Below are positions 24,556 to 32,000 of a stretch of DNA of 32,000 bases, in pieces. Below the pieces are notes generated by a model. It had not been told where the DNA came from. It saw only the letters and a program-made list of their open reading frames with translations, and made no database searches. The stretch is from Mycolicibacterium smegmatis (GTDB taxonomy: Bacteria; Actinomycetota; Actinomycetes; Mycobacteriales; Mycobacteriaceae), in contig NZ_LN831039.1 of assembly GCF_001457595.1 (NCBI RefSeq), positions 690,001 to 722,000 on the forward strand, in the 5' to 3' direction. Numbering within the stretch: the stretch's first letter is position 1; the number at the start of each line of letters is the position of its first letter. Position numbers and translations under genes: made by a program.

Positions 24556-25782
24556 TCAGAAGGTCAGCTGCAGATTCATCGTCTTCCATTGACGGGCATG
24601 CTGGATACTGTTGTACACGGGCTCACCGATTAGCTCAATTGCCTTGCAGCGCTGCGTGACAGCAGTCAGGATGGTCTCGGTCGACTGGCGAGCCAGGATC
24701 TGCCCCATGCAGGAATGGGGCCCAGCGGCGAAGGCAAGCTGCTGACTTCCCTGAGTCGAGCGTCGGTAGTCGAACCGGTCGGGGTCGGCAAAGGCACGCT
24801 CGTCGCGGTTGGCCGATGCAAGCAACACGTACACGGGCGCGCCGGCCGGTATCACGGTGCCGGCGACCTCCACATCCTCGAGCAGCAGACGTGTGACACC
24901 GGTTTCCGGTGTGATGAACCGCACCAGCTCGTTCACGATCTTCGGCCGAACCGCGGGATCGTCTCGAAAAACGGCGAAAAGCTCAGGGTCCCTGGCCATG
25001 CGCTCCAAACCGTGCGCAACGAGCGTCACCGTCGAAAAGTGGCCGGTTGCCAGGAACAGCATGATGTTCGCCGTTGCTTCCCGACTGGTGATGTCGCCGC
25101 GATCCTCGGCGTCGATATAGGCGGCGATGACACCGGGCTGGGGCTCTCGGCGTACCTGCGCGATCGCATCGGCGCAGTACTTTTCGAGCCATTCACTGCC
25201 CTCGGCGCCGGCCTTGAGGTCGTCGTCGGTGGCCACGATGCCGAAGCCGCGAGCGAATTCATACGTGTAGTGACGTACTTCGTCTGCGTGCTCGCCGGTC
25301 ATGCCGAGCATGCAGCACATCGTCGCATGCGTTGGGACGAGGCACAGTTCACGTACCGCCTCGATGTGGCCCGTCGACTCCACCGCGGACAATGCCTGTT
25401 CGACAAAGGAGGCGGTGGTGGACATCCAGCTGCGTACCGACTTCGGGGTGAACAGTTTGTTGACGAGTCTCCGGTGCCAGGTGTGGGCAGGCGCATCCAG
25501 TCCGATCACCGCAGAGTGAAAGATGTCGAAGGCGCCGAAATCGAGTTGCTGCACCGAGGTTTTCGCGTGCCGTAGCACTGTGGAAATATCCGCGTACCGC
25601 GAGAGAACGTACGTGCCGTCGTCCAGCTTGAGGACGGGAAATTCATCGCGGAGCCGCCGGAAGTGCGGATAGGGATCGTTAAAGAGGTCTGGATGGTAGA
25701 ACGGCAGGAGCTCCGTCTGGTCTGGCGCGGTCGACAGGGCGGCACTGGGGCGGCTCTCGTGCGGCGGTGTCGGGGAGATCAT
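24556..25782 (-). CDS. Cytochrome P450 monooxygenase (I-helix acid residue replaced)
   Basis: 408 aa. Haem-thiolate loop FAAGPHSCMGQILA (Cys357) and ExxR as ELVR. The I-helix reads LFLATGHFSTV where P450s normally have (A/G)Gx(D/E)T(T/S). Confidence 0.88.
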   Translation of the reverse strand: MISPTPPHESRPSAALSTAPDQTELLPFYHPDLFNDPYPHFRRLRDEFPVLKLDDGTYVLSRYADISTVLRHAKTSVQQLDFGAFDIFHSAVIGLDAPAHTWHRRLVNKLFTPKSVRSWMSTTASFVEQALSAVESTGHIEAVRELCLVPTHATMCCMLGMTGEHADEVRHYTYEFARGFGIVATDDDLKAGAEGSEWLEKYCADAIAQVRREPQPGVIAAYIDAEDRGDITSREATANIMLFLATGHFSTVTLVAHGLERMARDPELFAVFRDDPAVRPKIVNELVRFITPETGVTRLLLEDVEVAGTVIPAGAPVYVLLASANRDERAFADPDRFDYRRSTQGSQQLAFAAGPHSCMGQILARQSTETILTAVTQRCKAIELIGEPVYNSIQHARQWKTMNLQLTF

Positions 25783-25871
25783 GTAGGAAGTTTCCAGTCC
25801 ACCGCGCGTGGATGCACTAGACGAAGTGCCTTCGTGTGGCCGGAATTATCTGACGCTTTGTCAGCGTGGCA

Positions 25872-26777
25872 TCAACCCACCCCCTGCGGACGCGAGATTG
25901 TTACCAGTACGTTTCTGATCTCGGCGAGCACCGGGCGCGTCTCGGCGCCGGTCCGCACGGCGGTGTAGACCTGCCGGACGGGCAGACCGGGAAGATCGAC
26001 GAGCTGTGCCTCAGCTCGGCGTGTTTTCCACACGAGGTCAGGCAGGACTGCGACCGCATGGTCAGTCTCTGCCAGCCGTGCCTGCACCAACAGGTCGGCC
26101 GACTCGTATCGGACGTCGGGCTCGAACCCTGCTGCTCGGCAGGCTGATTCAGCCCAGGCGCGGGCGGGTTTGCCTTTTGGTTCGAGCACCCAGGGCAGAT
26201 CGGCGAAGTCCGAAAGCGAGGCCTTTGTGGCGTGTGGCCGTAACTGCGAGCCCACGTAGAGTCGCAGTACGTCGCTCAGCAGGGGCCGGCTTTCGATTCC
26301 CGCCGGCGGCGGTAGTTCGTGCCCGGGGTACTCCTCGCCGAGGACCAGGTCGAACTCGCGGGCCAGCAGTGCTGCGGCTCCGGCGTCGGGTTGGATCTCA
26401 GACAGGTACACCGTGAGCCCAGGGTGGCGTTCGCCCAGTATGCGCAGTAGGTCAGGAATGAGGGAGATCGCTGCCGTCTGGAATGTGGCCACTTTGACGA
26501 CGCCGACGATCTCCGAGCGGGTCGCCGCGAGGGCCGCCTCTGCGCGATCGATCTGCTGCAAGATTCGCTCGGCATGTTCGACAAGTATGTGTCCTGCAGC
26601 GGTCAAACCGACACCTCGTCCGACCGGCTCAATAAGGCGAACACCCGCCTCGGTCTCCAGCTGGCTGAGCTGCTGACTAATGGTCGAGGTGCTGAACGAT
26701 AGTGCCTGCGCCACTTGTGCCAGCGTGCCGCGCCTGCTCAGTTCCACCAGCAAACGCATGCGGTGCAGATTGAGCAT
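25872..26777 (-). CDS. LysR-family transcriptional regulator
   Basis: N-terminal wHTH MLNLHRMRLLVELSRRGTLAQVAQALSFSTSTISQQLSQLE plus a typical LysR substrate-binding domain. I prefer ATG 26777 (GGAG 5 nt upstream) over TTG 26792. It is divergent from the 26949 operon and upstream of, and co-directional with, the P450 gene. Confidence 0.88.
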   Translation of the reverse strand: MLNLHRMRLLVELSRRGTLAQVAQALSFSTSTISQQLSQLETEAGVRLIEPVGRGVGLTAAGHILVEHAERILQQIDRAEAALAATRSEIVGVVKVATFQTAAISLIPDLLRILGERHPGLTVYLSEIQPDAGAAALLAREFDLVLGEEYPGHELPPPAGIESRPLLSDVLRLYVGSQLRPHATKASLSDFADLPWVLEPKGKPARAWAESACRAAGFEPDVRYESADLLVQARLAETDHAVAVLPDLVWKTRRAEAQLVDLPGLPVRQVYTAVRTGAETRPVLAEIRNVLVTISRPQGVG

Positions 26778-26793
26778 TGCCGCTCCAATCAAT

Positions 26794-26815
26794 CGTATTT
26801 TTCGAACATTATACG
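26794..26815. promoter_or_regulatory. AT-rich dyad CGTAT-N12-ATACG containing a T-N11-A spacing (candidate LysR binding site)
   Basis: Located in the 171-bp divergent intergenic region, in the AT-richest stretch there (CGTATTTTTCGAACATTATACG). T26799 and A26811 give T-N11-A. Confidence 0.3.
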
Positions 26816-26948
26816 GCGAAATCTATCGCTGGACCGATCGTTAGCTTGATGCGAGAGTTGATGCAGTCGAGTTCGCGGACCTTCCAGCGACTCGAAAGCC
26901 TCTGACAACCAACTCAATTGAGCTGGACGCCGTATCGCAGGAGTTCCA

Positions 26949-28070
26949 ATGGGTGCACGCACCGATTTTCTGTTTCTGTCCGAACCGGACTGCATCGACG
27001 CGGGCGTTCTCGACGTCAACCGCTGCGTCGACGTCTGCGAGGAGGTGTTTGGACTTCTCGCTCAGGGTGACTACCTGATGGGCGGACCCAACCACAACAG
27101 CCACGGCATGGGAGTCGTCTTTCCGACGTCCAGCCCGTTCCCGAACATGCCGCTGGCCGGCCCGGACCGGCGTTTTGTGGCCATGCCCGGCTACCTCGGA
27201 GGGCGCTTCGATGTCTGCGGCAACAAGTGGTACGGCTCCAACCACGCCAACACCGCAAAAGGACTACCACGATCGGTCCTGACCTTGATGCTCAACGACA
27301 AGGAGACCGGCGAGCCACTGTGCCTCATGTCGGCCAATCTTTTGAGCTCCGCCCGAACCGGGGCGGTGCCAGCGGTCGCAGCACGTCACCTGGCAAGCGC
27401 CACAGCGAGCTCGGTCGCAGTTCTGGGCTGTGGGCCGATCAACCGGGCCTGTCTCAAGGCGATCGCCAGTCAGCTACCAGACCTCAAGCGTGTGTACTGC
27501 TTCGACATCTTCGAGGCGGCTGCCGAGAACCTGGCCAGTTGGGCGCGGCAGGCCCTCGGTGTCGACGCCGTCGTCGAGAACGATCTGCAGACGGCAGTGG
27601 CCGACGCCGAGGTCGTCACCGTGGCCGCCTCGCGCGTGAAACCTCTCGTCATCCAGAATGACTGGCTTGCTCCCGAGGCCACCGTCCTCGTCTCCGGACC
27701 GATCTCAGCAGATGACGCCTTCTGGCTGGACAACCACATCGTGCTCGATCACGTTGCCCTGCATGAGGCTTACGTGGAAGAGGCCGTGGCATCCCCCGAC
27801 AAACAGGCCGCATACAACGGTGTCATCGGCGGTCCGCTCTACCGCTTGATCGACGACGAGAGGCTGCCGCCGCTCAAAGACTTCACCGACCTCGGCACGG
27901 TCCTTCAGGCACCTGCCGATCGTGATCACGGCGATGGCCGACGCACGGTGTTCATCGCCTGCGGCATGTCGGTGTTCGACCTCGGCTGGGGATTCGAAAC
28001 CTATAGCACGGCGCTCGCCAAAGGCATCGGGACGCCCCTGACGCTGTGGGACACACCGTTCGCTGAATGA
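26949..28070 (+). CDS. Ornithine cyclodeaminase / mu-crystallin family NAD(P)-dependent enzyme
   Basis: 373 aa. Family-typical SARTGAVPAVAARHLA followed by the Rossmann motif VAVLGCGPINRA, and C-terminal FIACGMSVFDLGWG. CAGGAG RBS upstream. Confidence 0.75.
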   Translation: MGARTDFLFLSEPDCIDAGVLDVNRCVDVCEEVFGLLAQGDYLMGGPNHNSHGMGVVFPTSSPFPNMPLAGPDRRFVAMPGYLGGRFDVCGNKWYGSNHANTAKGLPRSVLTLMLNDKETGEPLCLMSANLLSSARTGAVPAVAARHLASATASSVAVLGCGPINRACLKAIASQLPDLKRVYCFDIFEAAAENLASWARQALGVDAVVENDLQTAVADAEVVTVAASRVKPLVIQNDWLAPEATVLVSGPISADDAFWLDNHIVLDHVALHEAYVEEAVASPDKQAAYNGVIGGPLYRLIDDERLPPLKDFTDLGTVLQAPADRDHGDGRRTVFIACGMSVFDLGWGFETYSTALAKGIGTPLTLWDTPFAE

Positions 28071-28098
28071 CCACCACTTACCCCATGGAGACACCGAA

Positions 28099-29502
28099 GT
28101 GAACAAGATCAAGAACTACGGCGATCTCATTCGGTTGGGAGACAGCGAATCACGGTCGATTGTCCTGAACATCGCCGACAAGGTTCTGACCCGATTGGAC
28201 GCCTACCACCGGATCAAGGAAATCACGCGCCTCGATGGCGACGTTCTCACCATCGGCACCCGCAGCTGGGATCTGTCGACCAAGAAGAACATCTATCTGG
28301 TCGGCGCCGGCAAGGCCTGCAACCACATGGCCATGGCAATCGATGAGATCCTCGGCGACCGTCTCACCCGCGGCATCGCGATCGTCAAGATCTCCGAGGA
28401 CAGCGACCGGTTCCAGCGCACCGAGGTTCACGTCGGGGGCCACCCGATTCCCGACGAAACCGGCCATAAAGCCGCGCTGGAGATCCTGGCGCTCGCCGAT
28501 CAGGCCGGCCCTGATGACCTGTTCATCGCCGTCATCTCCGGTGGCTCGTCAGCGCTGATGAGTTGTCCCATAGAGGGAATCACGCTGCAAGACGAGATGG
28601 ACGCCACCGACGTCCTACTCAAGAGCGGCGCAGGGATCTACGAGATCAACGCCATCCGGCGACACATCTCACAGACCAACGGCGGCCGCCTCGCCCAGCG
28701 CATCGCCCGGTCCGGTGCGGAACTGATCGGTTTCGGAATTTCCGACGCAGTGGGCAATCCGCCGTCCGGCGATATCACCAGGCCCTACGCCAACTACGCG
28801 TCCACACCGATCGGCCCGGACACGACAACGCTCGCCGATGCGCGAGCCGTCATCGACAACTATGACCTCGCGGACAGGTTGCCCCGCTCGATCGTCGACT
28901 ATCTCCAGTCTGCCGGTGAGGAAGACGAGACGCCGAAGGCATTCCCGGACAACACATATTTCCTGCTGAACACGCTTCCTGATTCCTGCCTGTACGCCAA
29001 GGAAATTGCCGAACACATGGGACTTCCGGCGATGATCGTGAGCTCCTTCCTCGAGGGCGAGAGCAGCGATGCCGGAACATTTTTCGCATCCATCGCCCGT
29101 GAGGCCCAGGCCAGTGGAAACCCGATTGCACCGCCCTGCGTCCTGATCGCAGCCGGCGAGACCACCACCCACATCCCGGACAACAGCATCATCGGTGGAC
29201 ACGGCGGGCCCGGTCATGAGCTGGTGGCCGGATTTGCCCTTGCCGCTACGAAAACGATTGGTGCTGCCATGGTCTCACTCGACTCCGAGGGCACCGACGG
29301 CACCACCACAGCGGCAGGCGGATTGTGTGACTCGACCAGCCTGGCCCGCGCCGAACAGTGCGGCGTGAATCTGCACGAAGCCCTGCGTACTCACGCCACC
29401 CACGAGGCGCTGGTTGCCATCGGGGACGCAGTTTTCACCGGTAACACCGGGACCAACCTGTGCGACCTGAACATCCTCTACATCCCCGCGCGACCGGCCT
29501 GA
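28099..29502 (+). CDS. MOFRL-family glycerate 2-kinase / hydroxypyruvate-reductase(TtuD)-like protein
   Basis: 467 aa. N-terminal DUF4147-type region (IYLVGAGKACNHMA, VGGHPIPDE, LFIAVISGGSSALM) and C-terminal MOFRL region (GETTTHIP..., DSEGTDGTT, TGNTGTNLCDLNILYI). GTG start 28 nt after the OCD stop. Confidence 0.8.
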   Translation: MNKIKNYGDLIRLGDSESRSIVLNIADKVLTRLDAYHRIKEITRLDGDVLTIGTRSWDLSTKKNIYLVGAGKACNHMAMAIDEILGDRLTRGIAIVKISEDSDRFQRTEVHVGGHPIPDETGHKAALEILALADQAGPDDLFIAVISGGSSALMSCPIEGITLQDEMDATDVLLKSGAGIYEINAIRRHISQTNGGRLAQRIARSGAELIGFGISDAVGNPPSGDITRPYANYASTPIGPDTTTLADARAVIDNYDLADRLPRSIVDYLQSAGEEDETPKAFPDNTYFLLNTLPDSCLYAKEIAEHMGLPAMIVSSFLEGESSDAGTFFASIAREAQASGNPIAPPCVLIAAGETTTHIPDNSIIGGHGGPGHELVAGFALAATKTIGAAMVSLDSEGTDGTTTAAGGLCDSTSLARAEQCGVNLHEALRTHATHEALVAIGDAVFTGNTGTNLCDLNILYIPARPA

Positions 29503-29526
29503 CCCGCCCCGGATTCGAAAGACATC

Positions 29527-30804
29527 ATGAAAATCACCTCAGTGACCGCACGTCAGCTCCTCGACTGCAAGACACGACCTCTCGTTGAGGTCGAAATAGC
29601 CACGGACAGCGGCCATATCGGGCGAGGTGCCGCACCGACAGGCAGCTCCGTGGGCGCACATGAAGCGTTCATCCTGCGTGACGGAGACCCCGCCGAGTAC
29701 AACGGGCTCAGCGTCCACCGCGCCGTCGACGCGGTAAACAACGAGATCGCACCAGCATTGGTCGGCACGGAACTCGACCTCGAAGCCAACGACCGACTCA
29801 TGGTCGAACTCGACGGCACACCCAACAAGAGCCGTCTCGGCGGCAACGCCATCTACTCGACGTCCATCGCCCTGTTGCGCGCCACCGCGGCCGCCGCAGG
29901 CCTGCCCACCTACTCGTGGATCGCCAAGCACTTCGGCCCCGGGCCGGTCACCCAGGTCCCGGTGCCGAGCTTCAACATGATCAACGGCGGACGCTACGGC
30001 AGTGTCGTGCAGCCCTTCAACGAGTTCATCGTCATGCCGTACAACGCGTCCTCGATTCAGGATGCCGTCGAGAAGAGCGTGAAACTATTCGGCGTGCTCG
30101 AAGAGGTGCTCACCGAGTATCTGGGGCGCAAGCCGCAGGTGGCGTCGTCGTACGGTTTCGCAAGCCCGTCCTCGGACCCGCGGGAAGTGCTGCGGCTGCT
30201 GATGACCGCGGTGGAGCGCGCCGGTGTTGCCGACACCATGGCCTTCGCTTTGGACTGTGCGTCCAGCGAGATGTACGACGCCGCGGACGGAACCTACGAA
30301 CTCAACGGGGAACGCGTCAGCTCCGACGATGTGATCGACTACACCCGCCGGCTCAGCAACGAGTTCCCATTTGTCTTCATCGAAGATCTCCTCGACGAGG
30401 ATGACTGGACCGGATACTCCAAAGCTGTAGCGAATATCGACAAGTCGATCATTCTGGGTGACGACCTCATCGTCACCAACCGTGATCGTCTGCAGCTCGC
30501 GGTGGAATCCTCAGCGGTAGGCGGGTTCATCCTCAAACCCAACCAGGTCGGCACGATCACCGAGGCGCTGGACTGTTATCGCTACGCGGTCGATCACCAA
30601 CTCTTGGCCATTCCTTCGGGCCGCTCCGGTGGTGTCATCGACGACGTCGTCATGGATCTGTCGGTCGGTCTGTCGGTGCCGTTCCAGAAGAACGGAGCGC
30701 CACGCTCAGGCGAACGTATTGAGAAGCTCAACTTCCTTCTGCGAGTGGCTGACTCGATGCCAGAGTGCGTGCTTGCCGACGTGCCCGCGATGGTCAGGTT
30801 CTGA
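29527..30804 (+). CDS. Enolase-superfamily protein of the enolase (phosphopyruvate hydratase) subgroup; divergent paralogue with substituted catalytic residues
   Basis: 425 aa, collinear with enolase. PTGSSVGAHEAFILRDGD, LDGTPNKSRLGGNAI, FNMINGG, metal ligands ALD243C, IE286D and GD312D, plus K337 (ILKPNQVGT) and K388 are all present. However GGEH becomes GGRY157, VGDEGG becomes VASS208YG, and SHRSGE becomes SG365RSGG. Confidence 0.8.
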   Translation: MKITSVTARQLLDCKTRPLVEVEIATDSGHIGRGAAPTGSSVGAHEAFILRDGDPAEYNGLSVHRAVDAVNNEIAPALVGTELDLEANDRLMVELDGTPNKSRLGGNAIYSTSIALLRATAAAAGLPTYSWIAKHFGPGPVTQVPVPSFNMINGGRYGSVVQPFNEFIVMPYNASSIQDAVEKSVKLFGVLEEVLTEYLGRKPQVASSYGFASPSSDPREVLRLLMTAVERAGVADTMAFALDCASSEMYDAADGTYELNGERVSSDDVIDYTRRLSNEFPFVFIEDLLDEDDWTGYSKAVANIDKSIILGDDLIVTNRDRLQLAVESSAVGGFILKPNQVGTITEALDCYRYAVDHQLLAIPSGRSGGVIDDVVMDLSVGLSVPFQKNGAPRSGERIEKLNFLLRVADSMPECVLADVPAMVRF

Positions 30805-31001
30805 CCGCAACCCTCACAGAGTCCGAATCTGCAGCGTCGAAGGGACCCCAACCTGCCATCGCACCGGCCACCGAACCTTCCAAAAGAAGCCCGACCATGA
30901 CCGACCCTCAAGATGACGGTGGCCGAACGAACTGAAGGCCGTCACCACCGGGTAGGAACGCTGATGAGCCGCATCACCGCGATACGAGACGGTGCCGAAC
31001 T

Positions 31002-31634
31002 TTGACGATCATCATCGGGATACCCCGCGAATCTCTACCTGGTGAGACGCGTGTCGCCGCCACACCGCAGACGGTCGGCCAGATTATCAAGCTCGGTTAC
31101 AACGTCGTCGTCGAATCCGGCGCGGGCGCTGCGGCGAGTTTCTCCGACGGTGCGTACATCGAGGCCGGTGCCGACATCGGTTCGTCTGATCAGACCTGGG
31201 ATGCCGACATCGTCCTGAAGGTGAACGCGCCCGACGATCCCGAGATCGCCGCGCTGCGTGACGGCGCCACGCTGGTCAGCCTGATCTCGCCCGCACTCAA
31301 GCCCGATCTTGTCGACAAGCTGGCCGCGCGCCCGATCACGGTGCTCGCGATGGACGCGGTGCCGCGGATTTCGCGTGCCCAGTCGCTGGATGTGTTGTCG
31401 TCGATGGCCAACATCGCCGGCTACCGCGCGGTGGTCGAGGCCGCGCACAGCTTCGGCCGGTTCTTCACCGGTCAGGTCACCGCGGCGGGCAAGGTGCCGC
31501 CGGCCAAGGTGCTGGTGGTGGGCGCCGGGGTGGCCGGGCTGGCCGCGATCGGCGCGGCCGGCAGTCTGGGTGCGATCGTGCGGGCCACCGATCCCCGGCC
31601 CGAGGTTGCCGATCAGGTCAAATCCCCTCGGTGA
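31002..31634 (+). pseudogene. pntAA: NAD(P) transhydrogenase alpha subunit (PntAA), 5' fragment only
   Basis: MTIIIGIPRESLPGETRVAATPQTV..., RISRAQSLDVLSSMANIAGYRAV, VLVVGAGVAGLAAIGAAGSLGA and TDPRPEVADQVKS are canonical. Homology stops at about codon 207, where QVKSLG... is expected but QVKSPR* is found. Intact PntAA proteins have about 360 aa or more. Confidence 0.75.
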
Positions 31635-31736
31635 AACGCGGAGTTGTCCGCCGTCCACGCGTAAGCACCCAGCGACGACTCGCCCATACGAGTTCAGTTG
31701 GCGTTCACAAGCATTGGACGAGCGATTGGGTGCGGC

Positions 31737-32000
31737 TCACGCTGTGGAGCTGCCGTTTGTATTCGACCGGCTTGACCTGGACGCCGTGCGCGGCACCCGC
31801 GCATTGCTCGGTCCCGGCGAACCTCCGCCGCGCTGGAGGTCTTGGATATTTTTCCCCTGGACGGATCGGGCCAGCAGTTCCATCGTGTCCGCCGACGCGG
31901 AACCGGCAGCGGTCGTGACGAGGCACAGGGACTGCTCGGCGTTGCGGGCGATCTTGAGGTTCTGCTGTGTGACGGTGAACGCGCCGACCAGCGGATGGCG
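31737..32000 (-). CDS. C-terminal part of an ANTAR-domain (probably GAF-ANTAR) RNA-binding regulator; 5' end beyond window
   Basis: My own reverse-strand translation gives ...HPLVGAFTVTQQNLKIARNAEQSLCLVTTAAGSASADTMELLARSVQGKNIQDLQRGGG...STA*, with TGA at 31739-31737. The pattern I..A.G.L....G.S...A...L...S...N..L resembles the ANTAR consensus. It is open to the window end, so it is absent from the ORF track. Confidence 0.4.
   Translation of the reverse strand, partial: RHPLVGAFTVTQQNLKIARNAEQSLCLVTTAAGSASADTMELLARSVQGKNIQDLQRGGGSPGPSNARVPRTASRSSRSNTNGSSTA

Noticed and set aside
24715-25575. 286-aa forward ORF (and 22963..23751-, 23583..24248-, 28669..29217-, 31035..31658-)
   Set aside because: Each is antisense to a motif-supported gene (P450, mscR, MBL hydrolase, MOFRL kinase, pntAA).
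1-32000. CRISPR arrays, tRNA/rRNA genes, prophage, toxin-antitoxin or known defence-system genes
   Set aside because: I saw no regularly spaced direct repeats and no tRNA-like T-arm/acceptor patterns. No ORF has nuclease, ATPase, methylase, integrase or capsid-type motifs. The only mobile DNA is the IS256-family element.

Overview
High-GC actinobacterial chromosomal DNA. MscR, GabD1, PdxS, WhiB and the IS256-type transposase read like mycobacterial proteins, so this is most likely a fast-growing Mycobacteriaceae species (judged from memory, not searched). I can support about 28 protein-coding genes or gene fragments and one IS element. I found no rRNA, tRNA, CRISPR array or recognisable defence or phage module. 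The content is accessory catabolism, in seven blocks. (i) A partial PucR regulator, a dimethylformamidase (DMFase) large-subunit-like protein, gabD1, and a Rieske oxygenase with an SDR and an FNR-[2Fe-2S] reductase. (ii) An orphan pdxS followed 5 nt later by a whiB gene. (iii) A type I Baeyer-Villiger monooxygenase whose last codons are interrupted by a 1465-bp IS256-family element with an 8-bp target duplication and a frame-broken transposase. (iv) An APC permease, a second DMFase-like paralogue, an overlapping SMR pair and a convergent MFS transporter. (v) A DUF861 cupin, an FprA-type reductase overlapping a flavodoxin, a second cupin, mscR plus an MBL hydrolase (mycothiol-dependent formaldehyde oxidation), and a convergent cytochrome P450 with an atypical I-helix. 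(vi) A LysR regulator divergent from an operon of an OCD/mu-crystallin protein, a MOFRL glycerate-2-kinase-like protein and an enolase-like protein. The enolase paralogue keeps the metal ligands and lysines but lacks the catalytic Glu and two His residues. (vii) A 5' fragment of pntAA and the 3' end of an ANTAR-like gene. The candidates for something undescribed are the OCD/MOFRL/variant-enolase operon, the reductase-flavodoxin-P450 (class III-like) set wrapped around formaldehyde detoxification genes, and the two orphan DMFase-large-subunit paralogues. All functional calls rest on motif recognition and recalled family knowledge; nothing was searched or computed beyond manual reading.
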